Shown here: one piece after another, positions 10,771 through 21,043 of the stretch
How positions within the stretch are numbered: the stretch's first letter is position 1
Layout of the letters: each line of letters begins with the position of its first letter
From: Mustelus asterias
Lineage: Eukaryota
Direction of reading: 5' to 3'
Length of the DNA stretch: 64,000 nucleotides
NCBI RefSeq assembly: GCF_964213995.1
Contig: NW_027590182.1
Span: 1 to 64,000, forward strand
The notes under the pieces: model-generated
Told to the model about the DNA's origin: nothing
Seen by the model: only the letters and a program-made list of their open reading frames with translations
Databases searched by the model: none
Translations under genes and position numbers: made by a program

Positions 10771-12229
10771 AGCATGTGTTTTTTTCTTTAACATTTCTAA
10801 TATTTACTTGCTATTTAAATCGTTGAATGTTCTGAAACATGTCACTGAAAGACCGACCACAGCAAGTTGCCCGACCGGTAAATTTTGGCTTTACTCATTA
10901 TCCCGACTAGGGGATTTCACATTCACTTCATTGCAGTATTAATGTCACCTTTCTTGTGACAATGATCAATAAACTTTAAAATAATAAACGGAGAAAAAGC
11001 TACCGATGGCATTGAACAGATACAGCACCTGAGGTTTATTAACAAGGCCGCAGTATTCAGAACACAAGGGGACACGTGTAAGCCTGCACACATCATTGTT
11101 CAGAACGCAGTTCAAATACTTCGATCCGTGTAGTGACTTTTCGTTCCTTTGGCGTTAATCTCAGTGACAGTGTGGAAGAGTTACTGGGAAAGATGAAGTG
11201 GGGATGAGAGAGAGAGCACCACATTAAGCGGAGGCTCGTCAATCGATTCGTGTTAACCTCAGAGACAGTGTGTAAGAAAGACTGGGAAGGATACAGTGGG
11301 GATGAGAGAGCACAGTGCTCAGCGGAAAGTAATCGGAAAATATCTACTCCTCAACGTCTTTACTCCAGGATCAGTGTAGCAACCCTTTTGGACAGAGAAT
11401 TAAACATTCCCACTGATTTCTGTGTTAATAACGTTTCTAACATCACCACAGCGACTACAGTACAAATGAGTTTCCTTGGGTTAGAAAGTGCTTTGGGATA
11501 TCTGGAGTCTGTAAAAGGCTGTCAATAAATATATTTCCTTCTGTTTACGAGTCAAATTTCTTTCTAGAGATTAACTTCATTGTCCATATGCTTCCACGGT
11601 CCCAGTAAAGTTTATTTTTAATTTCATTTTCTTTAGTTCAGTCCGTTTGTCTCCCGTATTGGGTATTGAATGTTCACCACCTCCTCTGATTTCCCGGGTT
11701 CTGTCTGCAGTCTATTCAGAAATTCTTTCCACTCCAGAGGACATCGGCAGTCTGGCAGTAATAAGAATCCGGGAATTTACCGAAGAGACACTGTAGTGCT
11801 CAAGGAATGCTGCACCGTCAGAGCTGCCAGCCTCTCGATGACCTGTGAAATCTTCCGTCTTTCCTCTCAGGTGGAGGTGCCGTATCACATGTTCACTGTT
11901 TCCAAGAAGAGTCGGAGAAATGTCCTGCTTGATATCTGTTCACCAATCACAATTACTGAAACAGTCAGAAAGCTGCAATATTATTGAATGAAATGACACG
12001 CTGATGCCAGATTGGCTGCCGTGTTTCCCACAGTGACAGGGAAACAGTTTGGGACATCAAACTCTAGAAATATTCTAATGCCCATTCTCTAAACTGCCCC
12101 CATTGTTTTAGTTTGGTAATATATTTAATAATAAAAAAGTGTATTGGAATTAAAATTTTAAGATGCCAACAAGACTCACTCTGATCACAACGTTTGTCTA
12201 ATGCTCTGTTATGTTGAGTGAGGCTCTGA

Positions 12230-12267
12230 CAATTTTGTACAGGTTCAGCCCAGCTGTGAGTTCTGTG
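12230..12267 (-). other. RSS of V4 (22-bp spacer, degenerate)
   Basis: Reverse strand CACAGAA + 22 bp + ACAAAATTG after ...YYCALR. Confidence 0.75.
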
Positions 12268-12544
12268 GGTCTCAGTGCGCAGTAATACACCACGGAGTCT
12301 GCCAGCTCTGTTTTAGACACCTTCAGCTCCGCAGAAAAACGGCACTCTGAAGATCTGTCTGTGTTCCCGGTGTATTTATTTGTCTGCACTAGATACTCCA
12401 TGGACCCGCTGGGATACTGACGGTACCAGAATAGATAAATGTGGTTGCTTGACGTTGTATAATTACAGAACAACCTAACATCATCTCCTTCAGTGACGGT
12501 GACTGCAGCCGGTGGCTGTGTAACAGAATCTTCTCGGGAATGTC
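12268..12544 (-). CDS. TRAV/DV: TCR alpha/delta-type V exon (V4), open frame but FR3 shortened; functionality doubtful
   Basis: Acceptor ttacAG at 12546-12545, then HSREDSVTQPPAAVTVTEGDDVRLFCNYTTSSNHIYLFWYRQYPSGSMEYLVQTNKYTGNTDRSSECRFSAELKVSKTELADSVVYYCALR. No intact ATG leader exon was identified (a SINE occupies the upstream region). Confidence 0.8.
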
Positions 12545-12630
12545 CTGTAAGGGTACAAATAAATATTAACTTACACAATGCGACTTGTCTGTTTCCGCCC
12601 AGAATCTGCCCGCCATGTTGAACAACAAAG

Positions 12631-12979
12631 TCATAAAGTCACGACAGTGCAGAAGGAGGCCATTCGACTTATCGAGTCTGCACTGACAACAATCTTACGG
12701 AGGCCCTATCCCCGTACCTCCACATATTTACCCTGCTAATCCATCTAACCTACGTATCCCAGGGCACAAAGGGTCTCAAACTCTCAAACTTAGCATGGCC
12801 AATGCAACTAACCCGCACATCTTTGGAATGGGAGGAAACCAGAGCACCCGGAGGAAACTCACGCAGACACGGGAAGAACGTGCAAACTCCACACAGACAG
12901 TGACCTAAACCGTGAATCGAACCCAGTTTCCTGGAGCTGTGAGGAAGCAATGCTAACCACTGTGTCACCGTACCGCCCA
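12631..12979 (-). mobile_element. HE1-type V-SINE, full length
   Basis: tRNA-like head gggcggtacggtgacacagtggttagcattgc...ggttcgattc, V-domain ggtcactgtctgtgtggagtttgcacgttct, and LINE-like tail. Confidence 0.88.
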
Positions 12980-14234
12980 CAATAATAACCTCAAAGACAA
13001 ATCAGACAACTGAACGGAAATATATTTTTCACAGTATATTCGCTGGAACGGGAAGGTGCTTGTGGTGATCGAATAAAACTTCCATCATAAACATTCCACA
13101 CTTACTAACGAGATCAGTTCCTCTGTAACTGTAACAGGAACTGCTCACTCTCTGTGTTTTAAAGTCTGGCGTTTGCAAAGACATTCACTGGCACCAGAGG
13201 AGTTTGAATCTCAGCCCAACTCTTCCTCTCTCATTCCTTGGGGTAAATGTGCCAACTCCCAACAAACAGTGTTCTGTTTTGAGACCAGCGAGATCCGAAT
13301 GACTTTTCGAAATTGGGATCAATCCATTTCCCCGATCACCCACCCCTCGCCCCTTGCATTGAGCCCATTGAGCTCAACAGAATATAATGTGTGGTAAAGA
13401 TGTGAAGCACAGAATTGAATAACTTGTGAACCTACCGGTTAAAAGAGCTGACGCTGTGAGGAATAAGTACAGCGTAACAGGAGACATGTTTGACGGGAGC
13501 TCGGACGGATTTGACCAGAGCTGGTTGAAGCTGAAATTGTTTGCGGCAAGAAATGGGTAGAAGTTGAGTCACATCCTGGCTCCTGCTGATTGGTTCATTG
13601 CCAACAACGTCATCACGTGGCATCCAATCGACTCAAGCTCCTGTTTTCCTGAATTCAACCAATAATTTCACAGCTCCTTTATCTCCAGTTAATTCTATTG
13701 GTGGAGGGACGAAAGGGACAAAGTGAATTTCTTTATCGCACGACAGGGAATTTGACAGGAATTGAAAGGATTTTTGGCCGTTTAACCCTTCCAATCACTC
13801 GGGTGAAGATAACGGAAGGAAACAGCGTTTGATTTTTCAGTACCTGTGCCTGAGGTCCCAATTAAATTAGCTTCTCTCTAACGATGAAATATCTCCACAG
13901 CCGTAAGCTGCAGCCCGGGAGTCATGAGGGATTGGAATAGAACAGTGTGTTAAATAGATAAACGCCACATTGTAAATGAAATAAATGATTGAAGGGAGTG
14001 GATTGTGTGTTTGATGCATATGCGCAGAATGGGCATGTGTGTTCAACGCACGGGCTCAGTGATGTTGGAGTGAGATGTTATTTAGAAATATTTATAGGTT
14101 TCTTCCTTTAAAAATAACAATGTTTACAATAACTTAATATTAACTAACAGAGCCACAGGCTTCCACCAAAAATTGATGTTTGCATTTAAACCTATTTGAT
14201 TCAATATACTGGTCAAACCTTCTTTCACAGCATC

Positions 14235-14300
14235 TTCCGAAACCGCAATCTCTAACAACTGTGGTGATTGCGCCAAATCCTAATCACTGGACTACCAGGA
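14235..14300 (-). pseudogene. tRNA-Glu-derived pseudogene
   Basis: Reverse strand tcctggtagtccagtgattaggatttggcgc resembles the tRNA-Glu 5' half; paralogous to 32692-32757. Confidence 0.55.
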
Positions 14301-14424
14301 AACTGCCTCCAAGGTTTTTAATCGAAACTACGCATGCTAACTTGGCGCTTTGCTTCTATTCCAACATTTACTTTTTGTACACCAGGGACAAGTCTGTCTG
14401 ACAAGTGCCCCTTCATATAAACAC

Positions 14425-14925
14425 ATTTACTGCGGATGCTGGAATCTGAAACAAGAACAGAAAATGCTGGAAAATCTTAACAGGTCTGAAAGCACCTGCG
14501 AAGAGAGAATAGACTGAACGTTCACTGTCTGGATGACCCTTCGTTAGAGCTGAAGACAAATAAATTTGGACGAGATTTATACTGTAATGCTGAGGGATAT
14601 GGGTGTTGGGTGGATGACCAAGGTGTCACATATAAATAAATAAAAAACAAAGGGAATTAATCATGGCTACGATGGCAGCCCATTTAGAGATCAGAATGTG
14701 TAAATGGCAGGGCAAAGAATATGTAAGAGACGGCCCGAGTGGGGTGGAGGGAGAGGGGGCAACAAGATCGAAAGTGAGATTTTAAATAAACAATGCAAAA
14801 CATGGAAATTAATATATATAAGCAATATAAAATAATAAAAATATATAAATAAGATGGAATTTAACAAAACAAAATACATGGAAACGGGGTGAAGATGGAG
14901 GAGAGGTGTTCTGAAGTTGTTGAGC
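14425..14925 (-). mobile_element. Penelope-like element 3' fragment
   Basis: Reverse strand shows the ...NNFR end of the GIY-YIG region and the pLTR-type cagacctgttaagattttccagcattttctgtt sequence; paralog at 32878-33480. Confidence 0.6.
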
Positions 14926-15059
14926 TGGGGATCCACACTGATTTTAGATGGCGATCTAATCCAGTGTGATCTAATCCAACTCCATTGATTCTGTTCACTG
15001 CCAATACTGGCTTGATAGCAATGACTTCTGCTGGTGGCATTGATGGGAAGTCGAAGACA

Positions 15060-16342
15060 CTAAGATGCATGGAATGAAGCTTGTGTTCCTTTACATCTGC
15101 AAGAAACAGGAAAAGTGTTTTTGTTAATATGTCGAATGATGCAGAGGATGAAATGAAAATGGGGACTGGGACAGCGTTGAGAGAGAGTAAGATGGTGTTG
15201 CTGGAGACAGATGTCGAGTGTCTTCGTGTGGTGGCGCATGGAATAGCTTGTGTTCCTTTATGTCTGCAAAAAACAGGAAAGGTTTTTTGTTAAGACCGTC
15301 GAATGATGTGTATGATGATGCCACCACCAAACACATCTGCCCTTCACTCCTTCTGTCAACATTCCACAGAGACCGTTCCCTCTGGGATAACCTGGTCCAC
15401 TCTTCCACTATTCGGAACACCTCCCCCGTCACCTTCCATTGCTGTTGCAGAAGGTGTCACATCTGTCCATTTACCTATTCTATGCTCACCACCCGAAGTC
15501 CAAAACATACATTCCAGGTTAAGCAGCGTTTCACTTGCACCTCTTTCAATTTGGTGTATTGTATTTGCTGCTCCCAATGTGGTCTCCTCTATATCAGAGT
15601 GGGTGATTGCTTTGCTGAGCACTTTCTTTATGTGCGCAATCAGGATTCTGACTTTCTGGTTCCTTTCCACTTTAACATACGATCCTGCTCTCATGCCCAC
15701 ATGTCTATCCTTAGCTTGGTGCAATGTTCCAGTGAAGCTCAACGCAAATTGGAGGAACAGCATCTCATCTTCTGGCAAGGCACTTTACAGCTTTCCGGTC
15801 TCAACATCGAATTCAACAACTTCAGATAATTTGCTCTACCCCATCTCGTCCCCCTTTGTTTTCACTCTATTTTATTTAATTTTTTACTGTTCTCTAACTT
15901 TTATTTCTTTATTGTCTTTCTTCATTTTTCTTCCTACTGTCCCCCTACTTCATCCCCCTCCCCTTATCTTCTTCCACCCCCCACCACTTCCCCTTTTCAA
16001 CATTCTACCTCTGTCCCATCCCACCGATCACCCCGCCACCACAGCCGCCCACCCCCCCCCCCACCCCCCCCAACATTTTCATCTGATACAGCTTGCAGCT
16101 TCTCTGCCATTTAGCCATCTACACCCTTTATTCTCTCTGTGGATAGCTATTAGCAGTATTTACCCCTGGTTTCTATAGCTATGACTCATCCTTCGTTCCC
16201 ATCCCCCTGCAGCATAAATATCTCCCATTTTGTATGCATTTTACCTTTGACAAAGGGTCATCTGGAATCGAAACGTCAGCTCTTTTCTCTCCTTACAGAT
16301 GCTGCCAGACCTGCTAAGATTTTCCAGCGTTTTATCTTTTGG
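15060..16342 (+). mobile_element. Penelope-like retroelement fragment (GIY-YIG endonuclease)
   Basis: FTCTSFNLVYCICCSQCGLLYI...FAEH...RKLEEQHLIF...GLNIEFNNFR is the PLE GIY-YIG signature. Flanked by the duplicated gtcgaag(a/g)cactaa and absent from the paralogous site at ~34095. Confidence 0.85.
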
Positions 16343-16608
16343 TCGAAGGCACTAAATTTAGGATAGCGATATTTGTAGAGGAGTGGATCAAATCCCTCCA
16401 CTGTCAGATTTTCACTTATATTACTATAAGCGTTGTGAACATCTTTGGTCAAAGATGTGATTCCTAAAATTAAATGCAGTAGAATGCATCATCATTCATT
16501 TTGATTAGAGGAACCAGCAGATAGAATGTAAAGTGAGCAACTGACCGGCTTGTCGAATGAGCGTGGTTGCTCCACCAGTAAGCTGAAACTACTCCATGCA
16601 CATGGACT

Positions 16609-16681
16609 GTTTCTGTCGTGTAGTGGTTAGCACGTTTGCTCCACACGCTGAAAATCCACCTTTCGAGACCAGCCAGGAGCG
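16609..16681 (+). pseudogene. tRNA-Val pseudogene
   Basis: gtttctgtcgtgtagtggttagcacgtttgctccacacgc matches the tRNA-Val 5' half; T-arm and acceptor stem are broken. Confidence 0.7.
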
Positions 16682-16989
16682 TTTCCAACCGGTTTTATTT
16701 CAAATTGATTCAAATTTCGGAACTATCTCGTTTCTCACGAAACATTAATTAAGCTGTTGAGTTCCTGCGGCATTGAAGACGGGAATCACTCAATAATTAG
16801 ATTAAAAGGGAAAGTTTGTGATGAAGAGCATAACAGAATGGATTGACTGACACAAGGAATGATGGACCAGGTGAACATTGGTTGGTTCTCATTATTTTTA
16901 AACTTTGCTGCTTTCCTGGATGAACTCCAGCTCTCCATTCCTCGGCAGTAAGTAACCATTCGACTGGAGACTGGCAATTATTGAGCAAG

Positions 16990-17021
16990 AGTGTGTATGT
17001 GTGTGTGTGTGTGCGTGTGTG
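16990..17021. repeat. (GT)n microsatellite
   Basis: GT run directly visible. Confidence 0.85.
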
Positions 17022-17676
17022 TTTTGCGAGAAAGTCCTCGTGTCGTACGTCAGAGTGCGACCGTTTCCATGGTGTCATGCTTAGCAATCTGAACTTTCGC
17101 CGTCCCAACTCAGGCTTATATTGGGACAGATGAGTGAGTGAATGGCACCCGTAGGTGGACCCCCTGCAAAATATATATTCAATTGGTAACATCTTTTGAA
17201 ATGATTAATCCTCATTTTATTTCATTTCATGTCAAACAGGGTGACACATCCGTGTATCTAATTTTTTAAAAATCTCAACCCTTTAACGACGTAAGGAGAT
17301 AAAGTGTAGTCAAAGAAAACTAATCCAAATTGAACGAGAAAAAAAGACGCTGAAGTTAATGCAAATCATTTTTACCAGAACATTTAATCCATCCATCCAT
17401 CCATCCATCCATCCATTTTTACCAGAATTTTTTACCACAGTCAGGTTTATAACAGTTCGATACCAGCATTGCTCTTTGCACGTGGTGAGCTACATGAAAT
17501 TTAATGCAGTTGAAGACAGCTTACTCATTTTTTTTCAGGAGGAACCAACAAGGGTAATGTAAATATGAATTGCTGTGGGTAATTGATGGGCTTGTGCAAT
17601 GGGACTGATATTGCTCCCGGCTGTCCAAATTGGCACAAATATTGAGCGACCATTTGCAGCTCGTTGTCGTGTGGTG

Positions 17677-17748
17677 GGTTCCGTGGTGTAATGGTGAGCA
17701 CTCTGGACTTTGAATCCAGCGATCCGAGTTCAAATCTCGGCGGGACCT
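17677..17748 (+). tRNA. trnQ-UUG: tRNA-Gln(TTG)
   Basis: 72 nt; acceptor stem GGTTCCG/CGGGACC, anticodon arm CTGGA-CTTTGAA-TCCAG, intact A and B boxes. Confidence 0.92.
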
Positions 17749-17771
17749 TGTTTCAATTTGCAAATGCAGAT

Positions 17772-18072
17772 TGTTAAAAAATACTTTTTCAATTCTATCA
17801 AATCAAGTCCAATTCATGGTCTCAACAAGTTGAGAAATTTCCGATCCAAGCTGACAAGACAAGGCCTTCACTCCTGTCTTGCGCCTGACCTACATGAGCC
17901 AAGCTGATTGGAGTAGGTGCAGACTCACCTCCTCCAAGGCCTTTGCATCTTAGCCAAAAGGCCGATATGCCGCTTTTAAAAATTGCTTCAAATGAAGCTT
18001 AAATGTAACCTAATGACCAAGCGCAGCATCCGATCCATACTACACTTGATTTTAGCCAAAGGGCCGAGAAGC
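17772..18072 (-). mobile_element. U2 snRNA-headed SINE-like retroposon, unit 1
   Basis: 5' end (18072-18037) equals U2 nt 4-39 with 2 mismatches; internal U2 stem-loop I copy at 17947-17965; flanked by tttgcaa(a/g)tNcagat direct repeats. Confidence 0.75.
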
Positions 18073-18089
18073 CTTTTGCAAGTACAGAT

Positions 18090-18432
18090 TTTTTTTTTGA
18101 TTTTTTTAACATACTTTTCCAATTCAATCAAATCAAGTCCAATTCAGAGTCTCAACAAGTTGAGACATTTCCGATCCAGGCTGGCAAGACAGGGCAAGCG
18201 ACCATTTACCCTGTCCTGGGCCCGATCTACATGAGCCAAGCTGATTGGAGGAGGGAAAGCAATTCCTCCTCCAAGACTTCATCTCTTTTGCATCTGAGCC
18301 AAAAGGCCGAGATACCGCTTTTAAAAATTGCTTCATATGAAACATATGAAGCTTCAATGTAACCTAATGACCTCAACCAAGTGCAGCATCCAATCCATAC
18401 TACACTTGATCTTAGCCAAAAGGCCGAGAAGC
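18090..18432 (-). mobile_element. U2 snRNA-headed SINE-like retroposon, unit 2
   Basis: 18432-18397 reads GCTTCTCGGCCTTTTGGCTAAGATCAAGTGTAGTAT (U2 nt 4-39, exact). Second U2 fragment at 18292-18312; poly(A) tail seen as the T-run 18089-18107 on the + strand; TSD-like flanks. Confidence 0.8.
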
Positions 18433-19418
18433 CTTTTGCAAGTCCAGATGATTGATATGCTGAAGGGCATTTTGTTTAAATTTGTTACAAAGCACGAATC
18501 GAGAAGGCAATTTACCAGCCAGTTCAACGACTATCACAATGCACATTGCTGAACGTCTGGCACCAGATGCCTGCAACGTCAATGCTTTTCATATTTTCGC
18601 TACTCTTTAACTCCTCCGTTGAAAGAGGGAAGCAATTGGTGTCGTACAAGAATAAATTGACTGGAGTTCGGCAAGTGCGTGCGTGCGTAAGTGCGCGCGC
18701 GTGTGTGTGTGTCTGCGTGGTGGTAGAAAAGTCTCCTGTCTTCGATCAGAGTGCTGCCAATTCTAAGGTGTAACGCACTCTGGCCTCTCGCTCCGACTTC
18801 TTGATTAAATTGGGACAGGTGAGTAACTGAATGCCACATGTAGGTGGACCCCTTGCCCACTATGGCTTCCCTGCCTTTCAGCGCTGTGTATTCATGAGCA
18901 ATTGTCCTCTGGGGCTGATGCAATGACGCCAGGAGAGTCATTCGCTGCATCATCTGCAATGTGACTGCGGTGGAATTTGCTGAAATTTCCCTGTGTTTAG
19001 ATTACCACTTTTTGCGAATTTAAAATGAAATGCCCTTCAGCAAACCCAACATCGCTGCAAATAGCAGCTGGATGCTCTGTTGTAGGATCTCTGGTCTAAT
19101 GGTGAGCATCTGAATCCAGCGAACCGAATTTAAATTTAGGTGGATCCTTGCTCTTCTTTGCCATTGTTGAGGAATGATTTGTTGAAGGACCTTTTGTTTA
19201 AATTCCTCACAAAGCAGGCATTGGGGGGACAATTTGTCAGCCAGTTCAACTTCTATTACACTGCACATTGCTGAGCCACTGGCGACAGGTGCCTGCATCA
19301 ACAATGTTTTTTAAAAAATCTTTCACTACTCGTTAACTCCTCTGTTGAAAGAAAAGAACATTTGGTGTTACACACCAACAACCATTCGACTGGAGACTGG
19401 CAATTATTGAGCAAGCGT

Positions 19419-19519
19419 ATGTGTGTATCTGTGTGTGTGTGCGTGTGTTTGTGTGTGTGTGCCTGTGTTTATGTGTGTGTGCGTGTGTGTGCGTGTGTGC
19501 GTGTGCGCGTGTGTGTATG
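19419..19519. repeat. Imperfect (GT)n microsatellite
   Basis: About 100 bp GT/GC dinucleotide run. Confidence 0.9.
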
Positions 19520-20243
19520 TCTTTTGGGAGAAAGGCCGAATGTCAAAGGTCAGAGTGCTGTCGTTTCCATGGTGTGACTCTTCGCAATCCGGACTCTCGC
19601 CATCCCACCTCTTGTTTAAATTAGGACATATGAGTGAGTGAATGGCACCCCGAGGTGGACCCCCTCCAAAATATATATTGAATTAGGAACATATTTTGAA
19701 ATGACTAATCCTCATTTTGTATTATTTCATGTCAAACAGGGTGACGCATCGTTGTATCTTATTATTAATTAAAACCTTAACCCTTTAACTACGTAAGGAG
19801 GCAAAGTTCAGTTAAAGAAAACTAATCCAAATGGAATTAGAAAAAAACTACACTGGCGTTACGGCAAATCCCACCTCAAAACAGAAAATATTGGAAACAC
19901 TTTCTAGGTCAAGCAGCGTCTATGGAAATGGAAACAGAGTGAATGTCACTGACGTCGATCCAAACTGGAAGACATTAGAGATTTAATGGTTTACGAGCAA
20001 ATGCAGAGCGAAGAAAAATACAGGGAGAAAACTCTATTTAGGACCTTGTGATAGGATGTAAGGCTGGAGTGATTGAATGACATTGCAGATGATTGTTGTT
20101 CCCACAGACACAATCTCCCGGATCCTCGTTCAAATCTCACGCAAAATGAGAAGAAAACTTCCCGCTGAATTAAGCACAAACTCTTCGAATGCCGGGGAAG
20201 TAGAGATAGTTTTAACTCAGAAAGCAGAAACCGTGAGATTAAT

Positions 20244-20455
20244 AGGGCGGCAGGGTGGCACGCTGGTTCGCACTGCTTCATCACAGCGACACTGACCCGT
20301 GTTCGATTCCCGGCTTGACTCACTGCCCATGTGGAGTTTGCACGTTCTCCCCGTGAATGCGTGGGTTTCCTCCCACAGTCTGAAAGACGTGCTGGTTAGG
20401 TGCACTGACCCGAAAAGGCACTGGAGTGTGGCGACTGGGGAATTTCACAGTAAAT
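20244..20455 (+). mobile_element. HE1-type V-SINE (short variant)
   Basis: gggcggcagggtggcacgctggttcgcactgc...gttcgattcccggc...tgtggagtttgcacgttctccccg; paralog at 37153-37402. Confidence 0.8.
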
Positions 20456-21043
20456 TGTTGTTACTCAAACCAGGTGGGGAAACAGCGTCTCAGCATGCCC
20501 GAAGTCAAACTGTCGCCCCATTTTCAGTTGTTTTAATCAGCTCACCTCTCAATTTTCTAATCTAACGAGAGAACAGTCTCATCCCACTGCATCACTCCTC
20601 CCAGAACAACTGCCTCATTATAGGATTAAATGCAGTGAACCTTTGTTCAACATCGATAGCGAGAGAATAGAGGGAGCAAAGAGCAAAAGGGGGAACAGTG
20701 ATCGATGCACAGACAGAGAGACTGAAAGAGTGAAAGAGTCTGAGACAGGTTTTCAGCAACAGAGAGGGACAGAGAGTGAGGCAGACACTCACAACCCAAT
20801 ATACAAACAACAACTCTCTGAACCCACAAGCATGGGATGCTCTGATTGGGTGAATAAGAATTAAGAGAATGTCCGCAAAAATTGTCACTTTTTGAAAATG
20901 TCGAGATTCTCTGTGAGTGTGCTGTGCTAACAGAAGCCTTGCAGTCAGTGCTCGGGTTATCAAGTCCTACCCCATGTGAACCAATTCCAACATATCACGG
21001 GAAATAAACAAACAGAATCCGCTCCTTGTCCATTTCGGAACAA

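Noticed and set aside
12029-12067. Isolated CACAGTG heptamer
   Set aside because: No nonamer at 12 or 23 bp and no V/J coding context; it lies in an old SINE-like fragment.
13555-13600. MHC class II-type S-X-Y promoter module
   Set aside because: Y-box and X2-like sites are present, but there is no credible X1/S box and no MHC exon; kept only as a generic promoter-like cluster.
15303-16178. 291-aa ORF
   Set aside because: Alternative frame of the Penelope fragment running into low-complexity T- and C-rich sequence; not a host gene.
18397-18432. A functional U2 snRNA gene
   Set aside because: Homology stops at U2 nt 39; there is no Sm site or 3' stem-loops, and the upstream sequence is tRNA-cluster spacer rather than a PSE.
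17757-18449. CRISPR-like or satellite array interpretation of the repeated units
   Set aside because: Eukaryotic context with only two long units plus TSD and poly(A); fits retroposition.
19362-19641. Cys/Val-rich ORFs
   Set aside because: These are translations of GT microsatellites.
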